A DNA stretch of 41,077 bases, from assembly GCA_030452025.1 (NCBI GenBank), contig JAKDNC010000001.1:1-41077 (forward strand), given 5' to 3'. Position 1 is the first letter of the stretch. Each line of letters begins with the position of its first letter. Under the pieces are notes generated by a model. The model saw only the letters and a list, made by a program, of their open reading frames with translations, was not told where the DNA came from and ran no database searches. The position numbers and the translations under genes are program-made. Positions 28,213-36,570 of this stretch are shown piece after piece. The DNA comes from Nocardioides sp. Lineage in GTDB: Bacteria > Actinomycetota > Actinomycetes > Propionibacteriales > Nocardioidaceae.

Positions 28213-29433
28213 ATGCACCCCATCACCAACAGTCTCACCGCGGTGCACACCGCGCTGGACGGTGCCGGAGACGCCCAGGCGATCTACCTCGACCTGGCAG
28301 CAAAGAAGGAAGCGCTCCGCGAGGTCGTCCGCGCCGAGTCCCGACTGACAGCAATGAAGATGAGCCTCCTGGCCGCCGCCGGCGACGTGGCCGACCAAAG
28401 CGCCTACAAGACACCGGGGACCTGGCTCGCCGACGACCAGAACCTCGACCCCAGCAAAGCCACCGCACAACAGAACATGGCCCAACGCCTCGAACGCCGG
28501 ATCCGCACCGCGACCGCGCTGGCCACCGGCACACTCAACGCCCAACAGGCAGACGTGATCACCAAAGTCCTCGAAGAGATCGCCGACGAACTCGACACCG
28601 AGCAGCGCATTGCCGCCGAGGAAACCCTGATCACCGAAGCCAAGGAACTCGACCCTCCACAGCTACGAGCCCTGGGCCGCCGACTGGTCGACATCCTCAA
28701 CCCCGAGAAGGCCGACGAACGGGAAGCCAAAAGACTCGACGACGAAGAGAAGCATGCCGAGCAGAAGTCACGGTTCAACCTGAAGAAGCTGGGGGACGGA
28801 ACGACCAGGATCACTGGCCGGGTCCCCGACGCAGTCGGCCAACGGCTACGCACCTACCTCGAGTCCTTCGCCAGCCCCCGCAAGCAAGCCCTCGAGGCGG
28901 ACGGGAAGGCACTGCCCCGGCCGAGGCTGCTGGCCAAAGCGCTCCGCGACCTGCTCGAGCGCATCGACCCCAACCAACTCCCCTTCCACGGCGGCGCCCC
29001 CACCACCGTGATGGTCACCATCACCCTGGACCAACTCCGCAAAGAACTCGCCACAGCCGACATCATCTACGACGACCAAGACCTCGCCATGACCGCAGGC
29101 CAGATACGACGCCTCCTATGCGAAGCCGAAGTCCTCCCCGTCATCCTCAACGGAGCCTCCCAACCACTCGACGTCGGGCGCACGCAACGATTCCACAACG
29201 TCGTCCAGAGGCGACTGATCTGCCTACGGGACAAAACCTGCAAAGCCAAAGGCTGCCACGTCCCCTCGGTCTGGTGCCACATCCACCACGAGATCCCCTG
29301 GGCAGCCGGCGGAAGCACCTCAGTCAAACAAGGCATGCCCCTGTGCCCCCACCACCACACCATCGTCCACGACCCGGCCTACCACCACGAGAAGAACAGC
29401 AACGGCGACATCCTCTTCCACAAACGCACATAG
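28213..29433 (+). CDS. DUF222-domain HNH endonuclease (13E12 repeat family), copy 1
   Basis: Helical DUF222-type N-region (ATALATGTLNAQQADVI, AEETLITEAKELDPPQLRALG), IRRLLCEAEVLPVIL..PLDVGRTQR and a Zn-binding HNH domain (RDKTCKAKGC..CHIHH..W..GG.T....LCPHHH). SD GGAGG. Confidence 0.92.
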   Translation: MHPITNSLTAVHTALDGAGDAQAIYLDLAAKKEALREVVRAESRLTAMKMSLLAAAGDVADQSAYKTPGTWLADDQNLDPSKATAQQNMAQRLERRIRTATALATGTLNAQQADVITKVLEEIADELDTEQRIAAEETLITEAKELDPPQLRALGRRLVDILNPEKADEREAKRLDDEEKHAEQKSRFNLKKLGDGTTRITGRVPDAVGQRLRTYLESFASPRKQALEADGKALPRPRLLAKALRDLLERIDPNQLPFHGGAPTTVMVTITLDQLRKELATADIIYDDQDLAMTAGQIRRLLCEAEVLPVILNGASQPLDVGRTQRFHNVVQRRLICLRDKTCKAKGCHVPSVWCHIHHEIPWAAGGSTSVKQGMPLCPHHHTIVHDPAYHHEKNSNGDILFHKRT

Positions 29434-29500
29434 CCTCCGCAACACGGACGACGGATGCCCCACACCCAACTTCAAGCGCGCCCCAACCAGCACGCCACCA

Positions 29501-29512
29501 AGACGCATCCCG
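29501..29512 (+). repeat. 12-bp direct repeat AGACGCATCCCG, right unit
   Basis: Identical to 28126-28137. Confidence 0.7.
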
Positions 29513-29746
29513 AGCCCGAACCCCGCGGCCGGACCCCGGGACTTGACCCGCGGCCGCGCCGAACCACGACACCGTGCATCTCGATCCGCGAGTGGACCGC
29601 ACCCCGCAGCGCGATAGGCGGCCAAGGGTCATCCGCCGGCGGAGCAGAAGCGAACCCCGCACCGTCAGGGATGAAGCGCGGGGTGTGCGACGCAAGCTCA
29701 CGCCGACTGCCGCGGCTCACCAGGTGACCACGCCTTGGTCTGGAGA

Positions 29747-30328
29747 TCAGTCGTCGATGCTCTCGCTCAGCACCTTGTAGTCGCTGTCCAGATCCACGTC
29801 CCACTCGGTGCCGTCATCCATGCGGACCTCGGCCTCGTAGGCCACCCCACGATCGTCGCTGGCCTCGAGGTCGACCACGGTGCCACCGCCGACGGCGTCC
29901 AGAGCCGCCTTCTCGACCGACTTGCGCTCCTCGGCGCCCAGGGCACGCTCGTCGCCGTCACGACCTTCGTTCACTTCGGAGTCGTTGCCATCGGAACCGT
30001 TGCCATCGGAATCGTTGTCGTCGTCGGCCTCATCGGTGTCCCGGCTGACCACGTTGAGGTCCTGATCGAGGCTGATCTCCACCTCAGTGCCGTCGTCCAT
30101 GCGGACCTCGGCCTCGTAGGCCTCGCCACGGTCGTCGCTGGTCTCGAGGTCGACCACGTTCCCGCCGCCGGCGGCCTCGATGGCCGCAGCGCCGACGCGG
30201 TCGCGCTCACTGCCCTGGAGATCGTTGTCGGCCGACGCGGTCCACACCGTGCCACCGACGCCGAGGATGGCGACGGCCGCGATCGTGGGAATGATGACAC
30301 GCTTCCTGCGGAGATGAGTGACGTTCAT
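29747..30328 (-). CDS. Secreted protein with two PepSY domains
   Basis: Signal peptide, then two repeats of GGG.VVDLE.SDDRG.AYEAEVRMDDGTE separated by an acidic linker. DNA repeat 29808-29896 / 30087-30175. Start at ATG 30328. Confidence 0.85.
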   Translation of the reverse strand: MNVTHLRRKRVIIPTIAAVAILGVGGTVWTASADNDLQGSERDRVGAAAIEAAGGGNVVDLETSDDRGEAYEAEVRMDDGTEVEISLDQDLNVVSRDTDEADDDNDSDGNGSDGNDSEVNEGRDGDERALGAEERKSVEKAALDAVGGGTVVDLEASDDRGVAYEAEVRMDDGTEWDVDLDSDYKVLSESIDD

Positions 30329-30394
30329 GAGTTGACCTCTCTCGACTTCTGAGGGTTTCCGGAGACTTGATGTGACCACCCTGCGTCCGGGCCG

Positions 30395-30421
30395 CTGAAG
30401 GCCACCTGAAAGTGTCTGAAA
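30395..30421 (-). promoter_or_regulatory. OmpR-family tandem binding repeats (TTCAG x3 on the minus strand) upstream of the PepSY gene
   Basis: CTGAA at 30395, 30406 and 30416 (11- and 10-bp periods); the same motif occurs upstream of the response regulator. Confidence 0.55.
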
Positions 30422-30427
30422 GCCCCT

Positions 30428-31804
30428 TCAGGTCGGCCGATCCGACCTCAGTGCGGGGAGACGCACGACGAATCGGGCGCCCCCGAGTCCCGACGACGTG
30501 ACCGCGACGTCTCCGTCGTGGGCAGTCACGATGTCCCGGACGATCGCCAGCCCGAGACCGCTGCCGCCGGCGTCACGTGCGCGCGCCTCGTCGAGCCGCA
30601 CGAACCGGTCGAAGACACGTGCCCGGTCCGCCTCCGGGATCCCGGGCCCGTCGTCCTCCACGATGAGCTCGACCCCTCCGGGGCTCTCGCGGACGGCGAC
30701 GGCCAGCGTCGCGTCCGCGTGGCGAGCGGCGTTCTCGACCAGATTCCGCGCGACCTGGCTGAGCGCGACCTGGTCGCCACGGACTCGTCCCGGCCCGATC
30801 CCGGCAGTGTCGACGGCGAGGCCGGGTCGGCGGATCCGGCGAGTCGCCGCCAGGGCCACGTCATCGAGGTCGACGTCGTGGTGCGTCCGCACGAGCGCGC
30901 CCTCATCCGCTCGGGTGAGGAGCAGCAGCTGCTCGACGAGCCTTTGCATGCGCGCGGACTCCTCCAGCACGGCATCTGCGAGCTCACCCTCGGGCAGTGA
31001 GCCTGGATGCGCCCGGGACACTTCGGCCGTCTGACGGATGCTGGCCAGTGGCGAGCGCAGCTCGTGGGAGGCATCGCCGACGAACTGCTGCTGTCGGTTG
31101 CGGGAGTCCTGCAGGCGCCCCAGCATCTGGTTCATGGTTCGCGCCAGCCGGTGGATCTCATCGCGCGACCGCGGCTCCGGCACCCTCCGGTCCAGCCGGT
31201 CACCGGTGATCTGCTCGACCTCACGCCGAATCCGTTCGACCGGTGCGAGCGCTCGGGTGGCCACCAGCCAGGTCGTGCCGCCCACCAGCAGGAGGACCAG
31301 CGGCAGCCCCACGAGCAGCGGCGTCACCAGCGCAGCCGTCGAGTCCTCCACCTCCTCCAGCGACGCAGCGACCGAGACGTCGTACTCCTGACCACCGGAC
31401 TCGGCCTCGTCGACCACAACCAGGTAGGCATCATCAGCACCCGGCAGCCGCACCTCGTCGGTCTCGTCGATGGGCAGCGGCCGGTCAAGGGGTTGCGAGG
31501 CGCGGACCACGACGCCCTCGGCGTCGCGCACCTGCCAGACCAGCTCGTCGGCCCCGTCGGCCCCGTCGTCGTCATCATCGTCTTCGGGCAGTGCCTCGTC
31601 GGGCAGTCCCGAGGTCTCGATCTGGGCGACCAGCTCCGAGAGGCGCTGCTCGGCATTGCTCTCCACGCCCTCGTGCAACGACTCGCGGACCAGGGCGACG
31701 AGGGTGAGGCCCCCGATGAGCAGGACCATCGCCACCACCATCACAGCCGCGGCCGTCGTGCGCAGCCGGACCGATGCGCGGCTCCAACCCAGCTCAGCCA
31801 CCAT
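30428..31804 (-). CDS. HAMP-domain sensor histidine kinase
   Basis: Two transmembrane segments, HAMP, DASHELRSPL, NLVENAARH, DDGPGI, GGSGLGLAI. Start at ATG 31804. Confidence 0.93.
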   Translation of the reverse strand: MVAELGWSRASVRLRTTAAAVMVVAMVLLIGGLTLVALVRESLHEGVESNAEQRLSELVAQIETSGLPDEALPEDDDDDDGADGADELVWQVRDAEGVVVRASQPLDRPLPIDETDEVRLPGADDAYLVVVDEAESGGQEYDVSVAASLEEVEDSTAALVTPLLVGLPLVLLLVGGTTWLVATRALAPVERIRREVEQITGDRLDRRVPEPRSRDEIHRLARTMNQMLGRLQDSRNRQQQFVGDASHELRSPLASIRQTAEVSRAHPGSLPEGELADAVLEESARMQRLVEQLLLLTRADEGALVRTHHDVDLDDVALAATRRIRRPGLAVDTAGIGPGRVRGDQVALSQVARNLVENAARHADATLAVAVRESPGGVELIVEDDGPGIPEADRARVFDRFVRLDEARARDAGGSGLGLAIVRDIVTAHDGDVAVTSSGLGGARFVVRLPALRSDRPT

Positions 31805-32471
31805 TGCTGGCCATCCGGTAGCCCGCACCACGCAGGGTCTCGATCGCCTTCCGGCCGAACGGGCGGTCCAGCTTGTTGCGGAGATGGCGAATGTAGACCT
31901 CGACAATATTGGGGTCCCCCTCGAAGTCGACGTCCCACACGGCCTCGAGGATCTGCCGCTTGGAGAGTACGTCGCCCTGGTGGCGGGTCAGGAAGGCGAG
32001 CATCGCGAACTCCCGGGCGGTGAGCTCGATCTCGATGTCCCCTCGCCAGACCCGGTGGGCCGCGGGATCCACGCGGATGTCCCCCGCCTCGAGCAGGGTG
32101 GGTCGCTCGCGCGCACCCCGACGGGCCACCGCCCGCAACCGGGCCACGAGGACCGGGAAGGAGAACGGCTTGGTGAGGTAGTCGTCGGCACCCGTGTCGA
32201 GCCCCTCGACCTGGTCCCACTCCCCGTCCTTGGCCGTCAGCATCAGGATCGGGGTCCAGTCCTTCTCACCCCGGAGCGTCTGGCAGACCTTGTAGCCGTT
32301 GATCCCCGGGAGCATCAGGTCGAGCAAGATCGCGTCGTACTCGTTCTCGCGAGCCAGCCACAGCCCATCGGTGCCGTCGTGGGCCACGTCAACGGCGAAG
32401 CCCTCCGCCTCCAACCCCACCCGCAGGGATCGCGCGAGCCGCTTCTCGTCGTCCACGACGAGCACGCGCAT
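31794..32471 (-). CDS. OmpR-family response regulator
   Basis: MRVLVVDDE, LLDLMLPG, LTAKD, GADDYLTKPF, winged helix (NIVEVYIRHLRNKL, TLRGAGY). True start is ATG 32471; the upstream in-frame extension is Fic debris. Confidence 0.93.
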   Translation of the reverse strand: MRVLVVDDEKRLARSLRVGLEAEGFAVDVAHDGTDGLWLARENEYDAILLDLMLPGINGYKVCQTLRGEKDWTPILMLTAKDGEWDQVEGLDTGADDYLTKPFSFPVLVARLRAVARRGARERPTLLEAGDIRVDPAAHRVWRGDIEIELTAREFAMLAFLTRHQGDVLSKRQILEAVWDVDFEGDPNIVEVYIRHLRNKLDRPFGRKAIETLRGAGYRMASNGG

Positions 32472-32513
32472 GAGGGCCTCCAGAGGGTTGGGGCCCAGTC
32501 TCGCGCATCCATC

Positions 32514-32529
32514 CTGAATGCACGCTGAA
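32514..32529 (-). promoter_or_regulatory. TTCAG-N6-TTCAG tandem repeat (putative autoregulatory site)
   Basis: CTGAA at 32514 and 32525 (11-bp period), about 43 bp upstream of the regulator start. Confidence 0.5.
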
Positions 32530-32589
32530 CTCTGCGACGTCATGATGGTCGTCCCGCGCGGACGCCCAGACAGAAGTCCCTGCTGTTGC

Positions 32590-33681
32590 CGGGTGACCTC
32601 GCCGCCGTGCTCCAGGAGCTCGAGAATGTCATCGGCCTGGAACAGCGCGGACTTCCGATACTTGCCGGTGGCCGGTCGGACGATCTCAACGGCGACCAGC
32701 TGCTTGACCAGCTTCTGCGCCGAGACGGTGGAGACTCCGAGGTTCTCCGCGAGAAACCGTGCCGAGATGACTGGGTAGTCGACCACCAGATCAACTGCCC
32801 AGTCGGAACCGCTCAGCTGCTGAGACCGCAGCGCCCACGTAGCCGAGGAACTGCTCCACATAGGCGTGCAACGCGGGACTCCGGTCATCCCCGTCGTAGC
32901 GGTACGTGGTCAGCGCGTTGACGTAACCATCCACATCACCGCGCAGCACCGTGGACAGGGGGATCACGCCACCGTCCACAAGGCCCGGCACGTTTCAGGA
33001 TGCCGTGGAACAGAGCCCTGCCCACACGGCCGTTGCCATCCTCGAATGGGTGGATGGTCTCGAACTGCGCATAAATGATCGCGGCCTGAACCACCGGCGA
33101 GTCACCTGAGGTATTGGCGTAGTTGAGCAGATCTTCCCTACCCGGATGCACCAACTCGTGCGGTGGGCCGGCGTAGTCGGCGTTGAACTTGTTGCTACCG
33201 CCGATCCACACCTGCGCGGCTCGATACCCAAGACGATGCCAAGGGAGGAAGTCGTGGTGGATGCCCAGCACATCCTCGTGGGTCCAGACCCCCACGCCGA
33301 GGAGCTCGATCGCTTCCTTCATCGCATCCACGTTTCGGATGACTGACGAGACGTTGTGGGACGCCCCGTCGTCAGCGATCTGCGCGATGGCGATGCTCCG
33401 AGGACTCTCCCGGATGCCCTCGATCCATGAGGAGGAGATGGATTCCGAGCGGATCATCGTGGAGTGCAAGACCGGAAGTGGGTTGGAGCGCAACCGCTCC
33501 CCGAGGCGCCCCGAGGCGCCCCAAGGCGCCCCAAGGCAATGGACATGTCGGCCGCATGCTCCAACACCTCTCCACCCAGAGCATTGGACACGGAGGCAAG
33601 CATGTCTGGGTGGTACCGGAGGTACCTGCTGCCTTGTCGATCGGCACGTGTGACCCCGGCGAACTCCGGCGGGACCTGCAC
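32590..33681 (-). pseudogene. Fic-family protein pseudogene (three frame disruptions; 3' end approximate)
   Basis: GTG 33681 with SD GAGGAGG. Fragments in successive frames: MQVPPEF..IALGRLG / RSNPLP..IRSESISSSWIEG..HPFEDGNGRVGR..ILKRAG / LVDGGVIPLS..AAERF / VDLVVDYPVIS..C-terminal HTH. Breaks at about 33500-33537, 32985 and 32800. Confidence 0.85.
33499..33537. repeat. 10-bp tandem repeat CCCC(G/A)AGGCG, about 4 units, inside the fic pseudogene
   Basis: ccccgaggcg ccccgaggcg ccccaaggcg ccccaaggc. Confidence 0.9.
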
Positions 33682-33819
33682 CCGTTCCCCTCCTCGGGCC
33701 TTCGTCAGACTGAAACCCGCCTTCTCGCAGCGGCGCTGTCCGTCCGGCGATGCGCTCAGGTCATCGCCGTGGATTTCGGCGTGCCCGTCGTCGGGGGCCG
33801 GCTTGGGACGGCGCGTCGG

Positions 33820-35715
33820 TCATGACCGACGCACGAGCCTCGCCGCGGTCGGCACCACGGTCAGCAGCGGCAGTGCGAGCACCCCGGCGCTGAGAGCGAG
33901 GTAGGCGGTGACGTCGACGGGCGGGAGCACCGGGCCGAGCAACCCGAGACCAACACCGAGCACCGCGGGGAGGACTGCGAGGGTGCCGATCAGCCAGGCC
34001 AGTCCCCCGGTGAGGGCGGCTTCGACGGTCAACATCCGCATCAGCTGCGCGCGGGTGGCGCCGGTGCGGCCGTAGAGCCGGAGCTCGGCACGGCGGCGGG
34101 CGGTGACCATCACCTGCGCATTGGCGGCGGCGAGGAACACGAAGGCGAGCAGCGCCAGCAACAGGGCCGTGGAGACGCGACGCTCAGCGGATCCGGTCGC
34201 GGTGACGCTCTCGGCGTACGCCGTCGGGCTCTGCGCCACCAGACCGAGGACCACGAGCCCGGTGCGGATGTCACCGAGGGACCGGGGCGCAGCTTCGATG
34301 AGCAGGGAGTCGGCCACTGCGCTCGGGTGGGCCGCGAGACCGTCCGGACCGACGAGGTAGTCACCGAACCCGAGCCCGCGCTCGTAGACGGCCACGACCG
34401 TGGGCGTGGTCGTGGTCCCGTCCGCCCAGCGCAACGGCACCGTGTCACCGACCCGCAAGTCGGTCTCGAAGGTGGCGTCCCTGCTGACTGCGACCGTGTC
34501 ACGGTTTTCCGTGAGGTCGGCCAACGAGCCGGCGCTGACGTCGGGGTCGGCGAGCAACCCACTCTGGCCAGCAGCAAGGGCCTGCACGGTCGTCGGCTCC
34601 CAGGCCAGCGCGTCGACCACGCCGTCCAAATCCTCGTCCGTCCGCACTCGAGCGGGAGCGCTGGCCAGAGTGGTGGTGCCGGTGATGCCGGGGAGGGCCG
34701 CGACCGAGTCGAGGTCCGACGAGGACAGCCCCTCGGGCGAGCTCGCGACGAGGTCCGCGCGCACGCCGTCTCGAAGCTGAGTCGCGCTGGCCTCGGCGAC
34801 GGTGCGGTCGACCGAGGTCTGGGCTGCTCCGGCCGTGAGCGCGAGTGCCAGCGGGACCACGACGATCGTCAACCGTTGCGAGAAGCCGCGGACGTTGCCC
34901 GCAGCGAGTCGTCCTGCGGGGCCCAGGCGCGACCCCCACCGATCCGTGAGTCGGAAGGCCCACGTGAGAAGCACCGGCCCCGCGAGCGCCGCCGCGCCCA
35001 CGAGCAGAAAGGCCGACGTCGCGGCACTGGCGCTGCCGATCGTGCCCGGGACGACGAGCGGGCTGAAGGCCGCTGTGACGCCGGACAGGCCGACGACGAC
35101 CGCAGCCACCCGTCGTACCGGACCGACCGTGCTGGCCTCGACCAAGCTGGCGCGGACCGCCTGGCTCGGCGCGAGGCGCAGCGTCTCCCGCGAGGCCAGC
35201 CGTGCCGACAGCCAGGCCACGGGCAACACCAGCACGGTGGCACCGAGGACCGGCAACGGGGTGAGCGAGAGCGCGCCGCCCGGGGTGATCAGTCCGGCGT
35301 CACGCAGGAGCGGAGTGAGCAGGCGCGCCAGCAGGACGCCGGCGATGGCGCCGACCGGTGCCGCGAGGGCCCCGACGAGCAGGACTTCGGCGCCGATCTG
35401 GGTGCGGAGCTGGGACCGGGTCGCGCCGACGGCGCGCAGCAGCGCGAGCTCGCGCCGCCGGCCGCGCAGGGCCAGCGAGACGGTCGCGACGATGACCAGC
35501 ACCACCACGATCACGACCGTGCCGGAGAACGAGCCCGCCAGCACCAGCAGCAGGCCGCTGCCGGTGACGTCCGCGGCGGCGCGGAGACCGGACTCGGCGA
35601 GCACCCCGGCGACCGCGAGCAGCAGTCCCGCCAGGGCGAGCACGAGGGCGGTGCCGGTCAGACCCGCACGGTGCGCCCAGGCGCTGCGGCGGGCCAGGCC
35701 CCACGCCGCCCTCAT
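33820..35715 (-). CDS. FtsX-like ABC exporter permease
   Basis: Two RRxELxL(L/Y)xxxGATRxQL motifs; multiple transmembrane segments. Confidence 0.88.
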   Translation of the reverse strand: MRAAWGLARRSAWAHRAGLTGTALVLALAGLLLAVAGVLAESGLRAAADVTGSGLLLVLAGSFSGTVVIVVVLVIVATVSLALRGRRRELALLRAVGATRSQLRTQIGAEVLLVGALAAPVGAIAGVLLARLLTPLLRDAGLITPGGALSLTPLPVLGATVLVLPVAWLSARLASRETLRLAPSQAVRASLVEASTVGPVRRVAAVVVGLSGVTAAFSPLVVPGTIGSASAATSAFLLVGAAALAGPVLLTWAFRLTDRWGSRLGPAGRLAAGNVRGFSQRLTIVVVPLALALTAGAAQTSVDRTVAEASATQLRDGVRADLVASSPEGLSSSDLDSVAALPGITGTTTLASAPARVRTDEDLDGVVDALAWEPTTVQALAAGQSGLLADPDVSAGSLADLTENRDTVAVSRDATFETDLRVGDTVPLRWADGTTTTPTVVAVYERGLGFGDYLVGPDGLAAHPSAVADSLLIEAAPRSLGDIRTGLVVLGLVAQSPTAYAESVTATGSAERRVSTALLLALLAFVFLAAANAQVMVTARRRAELRLYGRTGATRAQLMRMLTVEAALTGGLAWLIGTLAVLPAVLGVGLGLLGPVLPPVDVTAYLALSAGVLALPLLTVVPTAARLVRRS

Positions 35716-36464
35716 CGTCCCAGCCCGAGCATGCGCGTGTTGATCTGTTCGGCGGTCGGGTCGTCGAGCTGGTCGACCAGCACTCCGTCGCCGAGGAAGA
35801 GCACCCGGTCGGCCGCCGCCGCGACCTTCGGGTCGTGGGTGACCAGTACGACGGTCTGCCCGAGCTCGCGAGCCGTCGAGCGGAGCAGCTCGAGGACGTG
35901 GTCCGCAGTGCGGGAGTCCAGGGCACCGGTCGGCTCGTCGGCGAAGACGACGTCCGGGCGGGTGAACAGGGCACGGGCGATCGCCGCCCGCTGGGCCTGG
36001 CCCCCGGACAGCTCGCCGGGCAGCCGGCGCCCCATGCCGCCCAGTCCAACGACCTCGACCAGCTCGTCCAGTCGCGCGACGTCGGGTTCGCGGCCGGCGA
36101 GGACCACGGGCAGGGTGATGTTGTCGATGACCGGGAGGTGGTCGACAAGGTTGTAGGCCTGGAACACGAAGCCGATGTGGTCACGACGGAAGCGGGTCAG
36201 GGCGTCGGGCGACAGGGTGCTGATGTCACGGTCGCCGATGACGACCTGACCACGTGTCGGGGTGTCGAGCCCCGCAGCACAGCTGAGCAACGTGGACTTC
36301 CCGGAGCCAGAGGGCCCCATCACGGCGGTGAATGAGCCGCGCGCCAGGGCGAACGAGACGCCGCGAACGGCGTACACCGGCAGCGCGTCGTGCGCGTAGG
36401 ACTTGTGGAGGTCGATGAGGCGTACGGCGGTGCGGGTGGCCACGTCGGGCTGTTGGATCGTCAT
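35712..36464 (-). CDS. ABC exporter ATP-binding protein (LolD/MacB-like)
   Basis: GPSGSGKST, IGFVFQAYNL, LSGGQAQR, ADEPTGALD, VTHD. Confidence 0.93.
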   Translation of the reverse strand: MTIQQPDVATRTAVRLIDLHKSYAHDALPVYAVRGVSFALARGSFTAVMGPSGSGKSTLLSCAAGLDTPTRGQVVIGDRDISTLSPDALTRFRRDHIGFVFQAYNLVDHLPVIDNITLPVVLAGREPDVARLDELVEVVGLGGMGRRLPGELSGGQAQRAAIARALFTRPDVVFADEPTGALDSRTADHVLELLRSTARELGQTVVLVTHDPKVAAAADRVLFLGDGVLVDQLDDPTAEQINTRMLGLGR

Positions 36465-36570
36465 GTCCACCACGCTAGGAACTCGGGTCAGTGCCCATCG
36501 AGCCGCGCAAGGATGAGATCGGTAGTTCCATCCTTCGATGCAAGGGCCCGGGCGCCCCTGGGGTCGATCC

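Larger units (their letters stand above)
28015..29583 (+). mobile_element. DUF222/HNH (13E12-like) repeat element, copy 1; right end not resolved (between 29583 and about 29746)
   Basis: Direct repeat of 39509-41077 (offset 11,494). Only 5 substitutions seen, all within 28046-28098. Overlapping-frame translations of the two copies are identical. Confidence 0.85.

Noticed and set aside
28107-29546. 479-aa alternative-frame ORF overlapping the HNH gene (also 39601-41040)
   Set aside because: Arg/Pro-rich and without motifs; a typical stop-poor shadow frame of C-rich DNA. Useful only as evidence that the two copies are identical.
28001-29730. Candidate target-site duplication GCGGCTC / CAGGTG around copy 1
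   Set aside because: Short GC-rich matches in the wrong order, and the right end of the element is undefined in this window.
29808-30175. About 90-bp near-direct repeat 279 bp apart
   Set aside because: Explained by the internal duplication of the two PepSY domains.
34327-36156. Long antisense ORFs (609 aa here; also 9163-10602, 16969-18171 and 21605-22795)
   Set aside because: They are shadows of well-supported genes on the opposite strand in high-GC DNA and have no recognisable motifs.
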